From assembly GCA_964270895.1 (NCBI GenBank), contig OZ185446.1: DNA of 64,000 nt; one strand, given 5' to 3'. This stretch comes from Podarcis filfolensis (lineage: Eukaryota). The position numbers and the translations under genes are program-made. The notes below the pieces were generated by a model, which searched no databases, was not told where the DNA came from, and was given only the letters and a program-made list of their open reading frames with translations. This document shows, one piece after another, positions 38,885-50,306 of the stretch (position 1 is the stretch's first letter; the number at the start of each line of letters is the position of its first letter).

Positions 38885-40395
38885 CATTTGGAGAAATAAA
38901 AACATGAGAATTATGTGTCCTGCTGTGAGAGCACTTCATCAGTTTGCAAGTTGCAGACTCTCTGCAGGTATGACTCAATGCAACAAGGAGCTAACTGCAC
39001 ACTGGAAAAGCGAATCTACCTGAAGACATTTATTGTAAGGCTTTGACCTTGTTGCTTTTTGTTGCACTGAACCTTAACTGTTTTCTTCCAATTTCATGGA
39101 ACTTTTAAAGTATTTTTGCATATTAGAGTTGTCAGTTTGGGCCATTTGTTTGACTTCTGCTGCTGAACTAGTAGCCTTTTAACATACCAGAGTGCTAATG
39201 AACAGACTGTCTGTCCCTGCCTGTTCCAGATCCATTACTTGTTTGAAGAAAGCAAGCCAAATTGCAGTATCTGCCAATGGCAAGTTGTTACTGTTTAGCT
39301 AAACACCAGTGAGTTTTTTTAAAAAAGAGGTACCAGTTTTTCCCCCCAATAAAGGACCAGGTTTTAAACTTTTTACTCCCACCCCCAGTTAACTTTAATG
39401 GATGTTTTGCTAAAGCAAGAAGTCTCAAGTAATGACAAATGGTGGCTAATGCTCAATTGGATTTTTTTTAAGGTTGCTGGAAAAAAACAGATCAGTTCAA
39501 AGATGATCAATCTTACCAGAGGAGAGGGCAACTCATGTTCTGGTAATATTTGAATTAACCCAAGTGCCTGTTGCTTACCTCTATTGGGTTGGAATTGCTT
39601 TGTATAGCTGGGCATGCACTAAACAAGTCTTTGTGAAAGCCGTCAGTGTGCTCAACCTTGCACCAGCAGCCGTCCCCATTGATCTGCCTTTATGAGAAGT
39701 GTTTGTCACTGTAGATAGCTCAGGCAAATTGTTACCTGGGTTGCTTTCCACTAATAAATTACCAAAAAAAGAAAGGGGGGGGGAGAAGGAATTTCACATT
39801 TCTGAGGAAATGGTGTAAACGGGTGGAATTTTTTTTAAAAGAAATATTTTCACTTTGAATAGTTGATTTTCATGGTATGACTATGCAGTATAGCAGAACA
39901 TAGATTGAGGTTGGGATTTAATGGCCACTAATCTGAATTTGTGTGAATTATTAGTGGAAAATACTCAAGTATACTTTAGACCTACACTGTGTACTTAATT
40001 GGATGAACCTATTGTTTCTGCAATATCGTTTGGTTAAACATTGCACAGTTCTTACCTCATTTCTGTAAATAAGGTTTTGTGACAGTTTTTTGTATTGTGG
40101 AAAATTCATAAGGTGGATATTTTGATTTGTAATATTTCTAATTGGTAGATTTAATTGAAAATGAAAGAATAATTTATTTTTATATGTTCATGGGAATTTT
40201 TTTAAAAAGTCACAAATCACTTTTGTAGATAATTTACTAAAGTAAATCAGTGTGGTTTAATTTGCTTAAACCATTCGTTAATATTCTGTAACAATTTGTA
40301 CAAATTGTTGCTGTTTTGCTAGATGTAAAATTGCAAGTTTATATAAAGATATGTACAAAGCTTTGGTTAATAAATTTTAATATTGTTTATGGTTG
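38885..40395 (+). other. MLLT10: MLLT10 3'UTR (end approximate)
   Basis: AU/U-rich, repeat-free sequence after the stop, ending near AATAAA at 40369-40374. Confidence 0.7.
40369..40374 (+). terminator. Likely distal polyadenylation signal of MLLT10
   Basis: AATAAA at the end of the AU-rich UTR, followed by tattgtttatggttgt (GU/U-rich). Confidence 0.65.
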
Positions 40396-40606
40396 TAAAC
40401 ATAACCCAACTTATTTCTTCCAACTGCAGTTTTTTTTATGATGTGCTTATCATTGGATTGTATTACACACATCGTTATGTGTGTGAATGAGAAGTCATGT
40501 TTTAAAGTCGGCATCTGAAGTTCCAGCTTCACTTGATTTGCTGTATCTGGTAGGAGCCCATGCAGCACACTCTAAAAATGGCAATATTAACTAAATGTTC
40601 TATTAA

Positions 40607-40721
40607 CCCCCCAACGTGGCACCCTCTAGATATTACTGGACCACAGCACTCGCCAAACTTGACTATTGTGACTTGAAGTCCCCCAACAGTTTGAGGGCGC
40701 CATGTTGATCATCCCTCCCTG
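40607..40721. mobile_element. Degenerate short hAT-type MITE between the two poly(A) signals
   Basis: CCAACGTGGCACCCTCTAGATATT ... TTTGAGGGCGCCATGTTG inverted arms. Confidence 0.55.
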
Positions 40722-40875
40722 TAGAGATTTTGGACTACAAATTTTAGGGTGTTTTTAGGCCATGTTTTACTAATAGGTTTAAGTACTCAGTTCTTACATA
40801 CTTACTTTTCTTGGCAAAAAAAATTCTACTGATCTTATAAGCACAAGTTTTAAAGGAAGGCATAAAATGTATTGA

Positions 40876-40881
40876 TTTATT
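40876..40881 (-). terminator. Likely polyadenylation signal of DNAJC1
   Basis: TTTATT on + (AATAAA on -), about 115 nt past the DNAJC1 stop. Confidence 0.55.
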
Positions 40882-40994
40882 TTTTACTAAGGCACATGAC
40901 ATACTGAAATACTGAGGTACAAAAATACAAGTTACTGCATATGTTGTTTAAAATATCTCCATTTTCAGTAAGCAAAGTTCTTGAGAATGTTCAT

Positions 40995-41063
40995 TCAGCT
41001 CTTTGCCATTTTTTTCTTTTGTATGAGTTCAACCAGCAACTTGTATCGAGTCACACATTCTTC
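40995..41063 (-). CDS. DNAJC1: DNAJC1 terminal coding exon (end of SANT2)
   Basis: ctgcctgcAG| acceptor on -; EECVTRYKLLVELIQKKKMAKS* (human recalled as EDCIARYKLLVELVQKKKQAKS*). Confidence 0.95.
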   Translation of the reverse strand, partial: EECVTRYKLLVELIQKKKMAKS

Positions 41064-41624
41064 CTGCAGGCAGAGAAGCAGAATTGAGATTAAAGGATAT
41101 TTCGCTTTTGTTAAATGAAAACGTATGCTAGCAATTTAAAGGGGCATTTTATGGAAAACTGACAATGGGGAAAATATCCTAAATAGTTCGTGCTATGGAA
41201 TTTCTGTGTAAATGTGTCCATAGTGAGACAATTCCATGGGGAAAATGCATGAACAAGTTGCCATACAGAGTGATCCTAGGTCCTTGCAGAGATTTCAAGT
41301 CCACTTTTCACAGCTACCGACTCACTGCTTGTACCAACCAACACATTCACACCAATTGTTTTTGCTGCCTTTCTGTGGGCTGTCAAAGAAACTATGCAAA
41401 AAGTTCTATTTCTATCTAAAAGAAACAACCTTGCTCACATTCATGTGGCATTTTGCATAACCCTAATAAAATAAAATTCACGCTAGTGGATTTTGAAATG
41501 TTTCTAATGGATCAACAGGACTTCATAAAAGCAGCAACTGTTTGGAAAAACAATAAAAGTAACGAATTCCTAATAAAAAGCAAAATGCCAGAAACTAATA
41601 TTGGGCCTCACTATGTTAACTTCA

Positions 41625-41890
41625 GGGAAGCGGATGGCGCTGTGGCTTGAACCACAGAGCCTAGGGCTTGCCGATCAGAAGGTTGGCAGTTCGAAAGCAC
41701 GTCAAAGTGCAAATAGATAAATAGGTACCCCTCCAGCGAGAAGGTAAACGGTGCTTCCCCCCTGGTTTGCCAGAAGCGGCTTAGTCATGCTGGCCACATG
41801 ACCTGGAAGCTGTCTGCGGACAAACGCCAGCTCCCTCGGCCGACAGAGCGAGATGAGCACCACAACCCCAGAGTCGTCCGTGAATGGACC
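41625..41890 (+). mobile_element. Sauria/Squam1 SINE with internal deletion, 3'-truncated
   Basis: GGGAAGCGGATGGCGCTGTGG head joined directly to GCAGTTCGAAAGCAC body; TAACTTCA at 41617-24 and 41891-98. Confidence 0.85.
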
Positions 41891-42166
41891 TAACTTCACT
41901 GTTTTACCAGTTTAGAAGCAATGCTATACAGAACCAGCCCAAACCTCCAAAAGCCCTGCCTGGAAAGGAGCTGCATGTTAGCAGCTACAGCATTTAGCCA
42001 TATGCCACACCTCATTCTCAGCAACATTTGCTGAAAACTGAAGTGCATTCCCTCCCCCAGGTTGAACTTTTGGCAGAATCAAGGAGGCAGCTTCAGCTTT
42101 TAGCTAGTGTACCACACCACACCCAACGGCAGAGTGCTTTAACCCTACACGAGAGCATGACCTCAC

Positions 42167-42657
42167 CTTAGTTTTCCCTGGAACACATTTGGCAATCTTA
42201 TCCCAGCGTTCTGCAGTTCCCTTTGGATACTGCTGTAAGGCCAGCTCCAAAAGCTTCTGTTGATTCTGAGTCCACAAGTCTTCAGAACTGCGGCATCTCT
42301 CTCTTTTTCTGGCCTCCTCGTCGCTATATTCCTCTTGATCTGCAGTGTCAAAGTCCTTCTGGCGCTTCCCCCTACATTTGTCCTCTGCTGCCTCTTTCAT
42401 CACTGGGAGTGTCACTTCAGGGCCCTTTGGTATTGTTTTCCTCCTGCGGTGTCTGGCTTCAGTCAACGCAGTCTCTTGTTGATCTGCTGTTGCCATATCT
42501 ATTGGTTCTGGGTCACAACTGTACTTTGACACGTCCTCCTCCAGGTCTTCCTCCTCTTTTTCCCGCTGAGTGATTATGTGATCTGACAAGTTAACACTGG
42601 CCTTGTTGGATTTGGAGTTTTGGGCCAACATTTTCAGCTCTGACAGCCTAACGATAC
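42167..42657 (-). CDS. DNAJC1: DNAJC1 exon: acidic linker plus SANT2 N-half (phase 1-0)
   Basis: ctgtttccaacAG| acceptor and AAG|GTGAGG donor; GIVRLSELK...KRQKDFD...[36 protein letters not shown]. Confidence 0.97.
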
Positions 42658-43646
42658 CTGTTGGAAACAGCATCATTTTCAGCATGATTTAAGCCAGGGA
42701 AGGGGAAACTGATCCTATAGTATTCTTATTCTGCAACTGTTACCCCCCAGTAAGTAATTGTTGAGTCAACCCTTGAAAACTTTTTGATACATCTACTCAA
42801 AAATCAAGAGTTCATAAAAATAATGAATTTGGGCTTCTGTTTTTACTTCCTCCTTTGTTTCCATGGTAGGCACACCTGAATTAAGCAATCCAGAAATAGA
42901 ATCAATTAGGTATGATGCTAAAACATCTGGCACTGTTTTCTGGTTCCTTTGTTAACATGCACCTGCTACTGCACAATTTCCACTGGTTTGAAATGAATGA
43001 ACTTCATTGCCCCTACTGCTAACGGTACCCTTAGTTATTCTGTGTCCTTTGCACTGCTAACCACTGAAGGGTAGAGCCTCATATTATCCACTTAATAAGG
43101 GCATATATACAAGTCCCTTTCTGCCTGGATCATTTTATAGAAGAGGCAGCCAGTACAGTTAAGTTTCTTGTGAGTTTCTCAAAGCTGTGGAGGAAGGATT
43201 GCGAGGTTTCATTCTGCAGATACATCACTCTAACATTATGGCTTGAGTTGAACACTCAACTCCCAGGTCATTGCAGGGATAAGGGATGGAAAGAGAATGC
43301 ATTGCCATTTCCCAATACCCTGAGTCTGGTGAGGCAAGCTAAGACCCTGCATGGCGGCAATGTTATAGCTGGAGCAGGAGTTCCTATTCTCTAAAAAAAG
43401 TTTGGCCGGCGAGATCTGACCCAGGAACTGGCCAAAATAGGGGTGGGCAGAATGCGGGCAGTGAGGAAAGGCAAATTTGTGGAAGTTCACCTAGTTGCTG
43501 CTGGTTGCTGGAAAGAATACTGAACTACTATCTGATTCAGCAAGGCACTAATGTTTTTAAGCTTAAATGTTCTCCAATCTCACTTAACACAGATTAATTA
43601 TGCTCTAAGCATCAAGAAACAAATAACAGAAGCACTAGAAACTTAC

Positions 43647-43695
43647 CAGGAGCGCACGTAACTGAATCTTTAATCTGTTTGGTTTTCATGGTGAC
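43647..43695 (-). CDS. DNAJC1: DNAJC1 49-nt exon (phase 0-1)
   Basis: ttccttcctaaacAG| acceptor and G|GTAAGT donor; VTMKTKQIKDSVTCAP (human recalled as VTTKAKQLKDSVTCSP). Confidence 0.93.
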
Positions 43696-44898
43696 CTGTT
43701 TAGGAAGGAAGAGAATGCATTTAATTTATAGATATGTTTTGTAAGATGGCTTAAAAGAAGACATCAAAGAAAACTGATCAAGACAAAGAGTCCAGTGAAT
43801 ACCAATAACCAGAACTATTGACGGAGACCAGCTACACATTTCCATCCCTATTCAGTTATTCTAAAAGCCCAATGTGCATGATATATAATTACAATAAATA
43901 TTTTATTAAATAAACATGGACTCTGGTGTATGTCTTGCAAGCAAAACTGTGAACAATCCTCCCAGATGAGAAGCAGGGTGGGGCAGGATTGTGGACATTC
44001 CCTGAGCTGCTTAAAAGGAAGGATGGGGTAGAAATGTAACAAGTCAGTCAACAAACAACCACAACACACTGGCTCTCTCTATAGGCCAAAGGGCTCCAAC
44101 TCCAATAAGAATGGGAAAAGAGGAAGATTTCTTATTTCACCCAGATGACGCTCTTAACCTTGCTCTTAAAAAGAGGGGCAGCATCATGATTTGCATGAAA
44201 TTGTATACTGTTTTTCAAAACAGTTAATCAATGTTCTTTAAGATAAACTCTTATTTAAATAGAAAACAACAGAAAACCTAAGACCAGCAATCAGTTTCTC
44301 TTCATGGATCACTTCCTTAGACAATCTCTCCCTCAAATAATACTAATCTAACTATCTGGAGCCCTTTACACCTCATGGTAACAGAAGTTAAAAGGTAGTG
44401 TGTTTCTACTCATGAGCTCAAATTTACACAGCCCAGTGGCAGTTAATCATCTCCCTATCTTCTCTTTGACATATGGGGTGTTTTTATAACTGCACCCCCT
44501 TTACCTCACACTGCCAAGCACCACACTAATTAGAAAAGTGTGCTCCTATCTACCCACCTGCCTATTGTTGTTTTGCTGCCTACCTGGGCCTTTTCCATGC
44601 AGGCAGCAAATCCCCCATCAATCTGCTATTGCAACCTGAATATAAGAGATTAGTGACTGCAGAGGCAAAGCAGCATCAGTTTACATCCTCTTAGCCAAGC
44701 AAATGATATTATTTCATGTGAATGGAACCGGAGAGCTCTTTGCTGCCAGTTGAAAAACTTACAGTGAAATAACCACATGAAAATAAACAACTAGGAGTCT
44801 GCTTTGCACACACACCAGATTGTTTTCACAATTTTTAGCATCCTTTTAAAAACTTTAAAAAATAATGACCGTGATCCCAAGGCACCTTTCACAAGTGC

Positions 44899-45094
44899 CT
44901 TAGAAGTTTTTGGTGGTAGCTGCTGCCTGTTATGACACCAGGAAAAGATCCCTGAGAGACCCTGGTTCCATACAAATGCCAGGCGTTTTCTGCTCCTGTA
45001 TTAGATTTGAGCACAATTTTCAGACTCTGGTAAGTCGCGTTGAGAGGGCTCTCAGTGGGATAACAGTAGCCCAATAAATACATATTCAGATGCA
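44899..45094 (+). repeat. Unclassified ~195-bp repeat, copy 1
   Basis: Shares GAGAGACCCTGGTTCCAT, CAATTTTCAGACTCT, CGTTGAGAGGGCTCTC and GATAACAGTAGCCCAATAAATA with 47690-47883. Confidence 0.8.
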
Positions 45095-45196
45095 TGTTTC
45101 CAATTCAGGAGTGCTTATTTCTGACTGCATAGGTTCAACCTGTAACAATGCATAAGCTTTAACAGAAGCTCCGCGTTCCGTATCCACTACACCACA

Positions 45197-45293
45197 CTGC
45201 CTTTGGTCATCCAGATGTGGATGGACTCCAACTCCCATCAGCCCCAGTCAGTATAGCCAGTTGTCGAGAAGCTCAGCTTGCTGGGGAAGCCTG
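45197..45293. mobile_element. Degenerate short hAT-type MITE
   Basis: TCCAGATGT..GGACTCCAACTCCCATCAGCCCCAG core; GGGGAAGCCTG end. Confidence 0.55.
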
Positions 45294-46461
45294 AAACAAG
45301 TGAGCCATTCGTTAACCAAACCAGGGAGAGCTCAGCCATTGAAGGGGGGAGTGTGTTTAGGAGGGGTGGGGGAAGAATGTTCAATTATTTCTTCAAGTAG
45401 TAAGAGGGCAAGAATGAGAGCCAAAAATCCAACAAGGGGGAAACGGGTCAAAGAACAGATGTGTGGAGGCAGACGTGGGGTGCTGGTACAGGTAACCGGG
45501 TCAGCTGGCAGGAACTCTGATTAAAGAGAACTGGAAGGCTTCCCTTTCATAATCGAAACGCTTGACAAAAACAAATCTAATTAATACCACAAGCCCAAAC
45601 CAGGAAAGTAATTTAATAAATGCTGCATTATCTTTCCACTTACAAATAAAAATGTGATTCCATTATACTGATTGGTTTGAGAGGATTTTTGTTTTTGGTC
45701 TGGACTTTGTTTTGAAAGGAGAGGTGAAGCGGCTTAGACGTTACACAGTTGCTTCAAATGTTTAGATTCTGGAGACTATTTCTCACAATCAAGCTGACAT
45801 GGTAAGTTGTGAGTTGAGGAGATCTAAGCTGATGGGGGGTTCTAATAAAGTGGTTACCTGACTTATTTCACACCAAGGCACTGTAAAACTACTAAAACTA
45901 ATCATCTTATTAAGATTGGGCAAGATACTTTTTTAAAAAATGCATACAAATTGAGAGAAGGTTCGGGAAAACAAAAAGGGAAAGAAAACACCTCACATGA
46001 CCGAACAAGGAGAACAGGCTCCAGTGCCACTGATGAAAAATTGTTTTGGAGTAAAATACTACTTCAGAAGCTAGAGAAGCTAATTACTTACTTCTTAAAA
46101 TCCGAATACACCTCATTTTAAAAATCTAACCAGCTTGGAAAAAGTAGTAGTGCAAATAAATTTGCTCCCCATGCTGAACTTGTACAATAAATCAAGAAAG
46201 GTTCAGGAAAGAAGGAAGGGGTACACAATGCATGGTTCATTTACGTATTTCACTACAGAAGTGGTATCGGGGGGGGGGGGGAGCACTGTAGCCAACATAT
46301 TCCCTAATATTCTATTTTTCTATATGTACTACTAGTAGTAACCATTTTATTTGTTTATCTATAAGCTATAAACAAACAAACAACAAATCTGGCTCTCAAT
46401 TTCCTGGCAGCTAACACAAATAGAGAACACAAGCCAACATAATTTTCCTCATCCCAACAGT

Positions 46462-46817
46462 AAGGTAAAGGTAAAGGGACCCCTGACCATTAGGTCCAGT
46501 CGTGACTGACACTGGGGTTGCGGCGCTCATCTCGCTTTATTGGCCGAGCGAGCCGGCGTACAGCTTCTGGGTCATGTGGCCAGCATGACTAAGCCGCTTC
46601 TGGCAAACCAGAGCAGCGCACGGAAACACCATTTACCTTCCCGCCGGAGCGGTACCTATTTATCTACTTGCACTTTGACGTGCTTTCGAACTGCTAGGTG
46701 GGCAAGAGCAGGGACCGAGCAACGGGAGCTCACCCCGTCGCGGGGATTCGAACCGCCGACCTTCTGATCAGCAAGTCCTAGGCTCTGTGGCTTAACCCAC
46801 AGCAGCACCCATGTCCC
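46462..46817 (-). mobile_element. Sauria/Squam1 SINE, full length
   Basis: Reverse complement of the same family as 5593: GGGAC head, box B GGTTCGAATCCC, AAGGTAAAGG tail on +; possible TSD ATCCCA(A/G)CA. Confidence 0.92.
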
Positions 46818-46939
46818 TATCCCAGCACACAAACTCACTTCATGTTAACGACCTTTTTTCCTGCAGCCAAACTCACGACTGACATTGTTCATAAAGACCT
46901 TTATATAAATAACACTATATAGTGAACATCCTCTTTAAC

Positions 46940-47079
46940 CAGGGCTTTTTTCCCCCAGGGGGAACTCACTGGAACTCAGTTCTGGCACCTCTCAGGTGGG
47001 CACCATTGCCATTATAAGAGAATAAGGGAGGTGTTCATGGAGAATTCGGGCACCTCTTTTTCCTAGAAAAACAGCACTG
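46940..47079. mobile_element. hAT-type MITE
   Basis: CAGGGCTTTTTT ... AAAAACAGCACTG termini; 8-bp TSD TCTTTAAC vs TCTATAAC. Confidence 0.8.
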
Positions 47080-47254
47080 TCTATAACCATTTTGCAGTAC
47101 AGTGTGTGCAGTAAGATTTTTTCCAATGGTGGACTGTTTAGCCACAAGACTCATCTACCCCCCCCCAAAAAAAACTCCACCCATAGTCCAGAAAAGTTTT
47201 ATTGTGTGATCTGCTGTCTGTAAATACAGCCTAAGATGGTGGACAGTGAGAAAA

Positions 47255-47375
47255 GGCCGTAGCTCAGCGACACAGCATCTGCAGGTAGGCTGGGAGAGAC
47301 CCCCGCTTGAAACCCTGGTGAGGCGCTTCTGGTCAGTGTATTTAATACAAAGCTAGATGCATCAGTGGTCTGGCT

Positions 47376-47378
<3 letters not shown>
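47255..47378 (+). mobile_element. Squam2-type SINE with internal deletion
   Basis: GGCCGTAGCTCAG head; GCATCTGCAGGTAGGCTGGGAGAGAC...TGAAACCCTGG...CAGTGT...GCTAGATG...TGGTCTGGCTCAG body. Confidence 0.65.
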
Positions 47379-47380
<2 letters not shown>

Positions 47381-47407
<27 letters not shown>

Positions 47408-47474
47408 ACACACGCGCGCACACATACATTCGTATGTATATGTGTATGTATATGTGTATGTACACACACACACA
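47381..47474. repeat. Complex alternating purine-pyrimidine tract: (TG)13...CGCGCG...(TATG)-type units...(CA)n
   Basis: Direct reading. Confidence 0.9.
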
Positions 47475-47689
47475 ATTTTTTTTAAAAAAAGGTTAAAACC
47501 ATTAGAACATAGGCTTTTGTTGTCATGGCCAAATGGACAAAGGATAGCCATGACAGCTGAATGAGCTTCTTTACTTCCTCAGAGATCCTTACTTGGAGCT
47601 GTTGCCTGGCAACTGCCAACTTCCAGCAGTAGAAAACTGCTTCTATCATGGGCTGAGCAACTTTCAGTGGCTGACCTCCATTTCAGTTC

Positions 47690-47883
47690 CTTACAAATTT
47701 TTGGTGGTTATGACATCAGAAAAGGCTACCAGAGAGACCCTGGTTCCATGCAGGCACCTGCATTTTCTGTTCCTGTACTAGATCTGGGCGCAATTTTCAG
47801 ACTCTTTGCTAAGCCACGTTGAGAGGGCTCTCGGGGCTATAAAGTGCGATAACAGTAGCCCAATAAATATATATTCAAGTGCA
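47690..47883 (+). repeat. Unclassified ~195-bp repeat, copy 2
   Basis: Aligns with 44899-45094, with indels. Confidence 0.8.
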
Positions 47884-48100
47884 CAATATCACCAATTACC
47901 AGCCACTGGAGAGGGATCCTTACCATCATTGTGTGCTGCCTGGGAGCTTCCTAAAGTCATCTGGCTGGGCACTGTTTGGGGAGATGTCTAAATTCAATGG
48001 ACTTTGGTTGTGCTCCAGTAAGGCAATTCTTAGATTATTATAGCTGACTTAACATAAGCCAGGTGAAAAAAGGAGGGTTGTTTTTTTAAACTGGGGGGAA

Positions 48101-48443
48101 GGGCTAAAGCACAGTGACAGAGCAAGGCATCTCCAGGGAGGCCTGAGACACCCTGCCCGAAATCCTGGACAGCTGCTGCTTATCAGTGTCATAGATTTCA
48201 TAGAAATCATAGAGTTGAAAGGGTCATTTAGTCCAACCCCCTGCCATGCAGGAATCCTCCCCACAGCCAACACTGGGTCAGCTCAAACCACCCACATTTT
48301 GGTTAACAGACGCACTGACACAGTGTGCCACAAGGCTTCAATACTGAACAAAAACAATAATATAAAAATAATAATTAATAGTAATAACAACACTGAACTA
48401 GAGGGACCAGTGGACTCGTTATAAGGCAGCTTCCTATGTTCCT
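48101..48443 (+). mobile_element. Squam2-type SINE interrupted by a nested insert (48190-48387) that begins with a CR1 3' end
   Basis: Left half ends ...ATCAGTGT; right half CAACACTGAACTAGAGGGACC...ATAAGGCAGCTTCCTATGTTCCT; the insert begins CATAGATTTCATAGAAATCATAGAGTTGAAAGGG...AGTCCAACCCC. Confidence 0.6.
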
Positions 48444-49078
48444 TCAAAATACCCTCAGTCTTTATCATCCCTGGAAAGACAAAGTGAACTCTGACTACAC
48501 AGTCACAAGTCTGCCACAAGGCTAGCAACTACAGTGGTCTGGACACATTTGACAGCTGCTCCTTGAAAATTTGGGTTGTATCTTAGGTTGTCTGCAACCT
48601 TCCGGTTAGGCAGACAGTTCACCCTGCCTATTGTATACCCAACTACCCATGTTCTTAATGTTCAAACCACCAACTCTCAGGATCAGTACTAGTTTTTTCA
48701 TCCTCAACCTCTGAGGAGACACACTTCCTTAAAGAACTTGTTGCCTAGTGAGACACCGTCCCTAGTGGGATAGTGATCAATGCTACACAAAGTGGTTACG
48801 GAGGTCAGCTTCTTCTCCCAGCAATGGGATAATGTTCTTAATGCCCAGATGTGACAACAGCCAAGTACCATTGATGAGGTTCAACTAATTTTCGTGCTCT
48901 TTCCCTGATGCCTCTGAACTGAAGAGAATTCAATTTCTTCTCTCCCAAAACAGTACTCAAGAACTACAACTCCTTAAGTCCATTTTAAAAAGAAACAACA
49001 GTGGATGTTTTGCCTCACAAAGTGCTAAATTTGTCATTTTGCACATCACCGTATTCTGTGTTAGGATGTAGGTCCATC

Positions 49079-49080
<2 letters not shown>

Positions 49081-49154
<74 letters not shown>
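49081..49154. repeat. Compound (TG)21(AG)16 microsatellite
   Basis: Direct reading. Confidence 0.95.
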
Positions 49155-49158
<4 letters not shown>

Positions 49159-49590
49159 CAAGCTTAATTAATGGATACCACCTGTCTAAACACTATTAGC
49201 TGATCTGCATTTAGGGTTTTTTGAAAAAGGGGGGGGTTTGGCCCAACCAGAAATATTATCTTTACTTAAGTCTCACAAATGTCCTCTTCCAGCAAAGAGG
49301 GTTTACTAGAAAGCCTAAAACTGGCATTGTTTTTCTGTTATCGGGTTACAGTAGCTTGAGTCTCTAAGCGCCAGAATCCCCATATAGCTGATCAGTTACA
49401 GCTGTTAATTGTGGAGCAGGGGGACCAGCTGACATCTGCTTCTTGCTTAGTTAGTTAATGGTTCACTTCCAGGTCCTAAAAGGATTGCAGCCTCTCTCAA
49501 AAGACAATGTTGGTCCCCATCTATGTCTGGCTTCTACACTGCCTGTCTTGTTCTGGTTTGTCCATACAATGCAAATTCGAGTGAACTCAC

Positions 49591-49710
49591 ATCTGCCACT
49601 GATCGACCCAATTCGTGAGCAATCTTTTCCCATCGACCAGGCGTCCCCCCTGGGAACTTAACCATACTTCTTGTCAGTTGGCTAAGGTCCTCTTCCGTCC
49701 ATTCCGGTGC
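49591..49710 (-). CDS. DNAJC1: DNAJC1 SANT1 exon (phase 0-0)
   Basis: tgttttacAG| acceptor and GAT|GTGAGT donor; APEWTEEDLSQLTRSMVKFPGGTPGRWEKIAHELGRSVAD. Confidence 0.97.
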
Positions 49711-50180
49711 CTGTAAAACATTTGAAGAACATTCATTACACAAGGAGGGTTTGTCTGTGGCAGGAGGGGGTAGAGACACTGAGCACAAGACTGAAGCAAG
49801 GTAATCATGCAAAGGGTGTTCATTGCAAATACAATTATTTTATAGCTTGCTTAATACTTCCTACTTTTGCTTGTTGAATAGAGCAACACATATACCTGGC
49901 ACGTCTAGTTTATTTATAATGATTTGGACACACATGCGGGTGGGCGCACACAAATTCTACAAATGCAACATGTTTAATAGTGTCAGATGCTTTAAGGTAT
50001 TAACATGACAAAATTTTGCATCAAATCCATATCCCCAGGGAAGTGAATTTAGGAAAGACCCTGGATTTGTGGTTGTGTGTATCACACAATCCAATACACT
50101 ACTGCACTGTTGCATTTTTTAATGGTGTAACAAATCTGCCTAGATTTTTCTCCAACAAGGAAAGGATTTGTGGAGGTGGT

Positions 50181-50306
50181 CATAGTATCGCAGAATTGTA
50201 GAGTTGGAAGGGACCTCAAGGGTCATCTAGTCCAACCCCTCGCAATGCAGGAATCTCAGCTAAAGCATGCATGACAGATGGCCATCCAACGTCTACTTAA
50301 ACCTCT
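50181..50306 (-). mobile_element. CR1 3'-end fragment
   Basis: CAGAATTGTAGAGTTGGAAGGGACC..GGTCATCTAGTCCAACCCC..AATGCAGGAAT. Confidence 0.75.
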
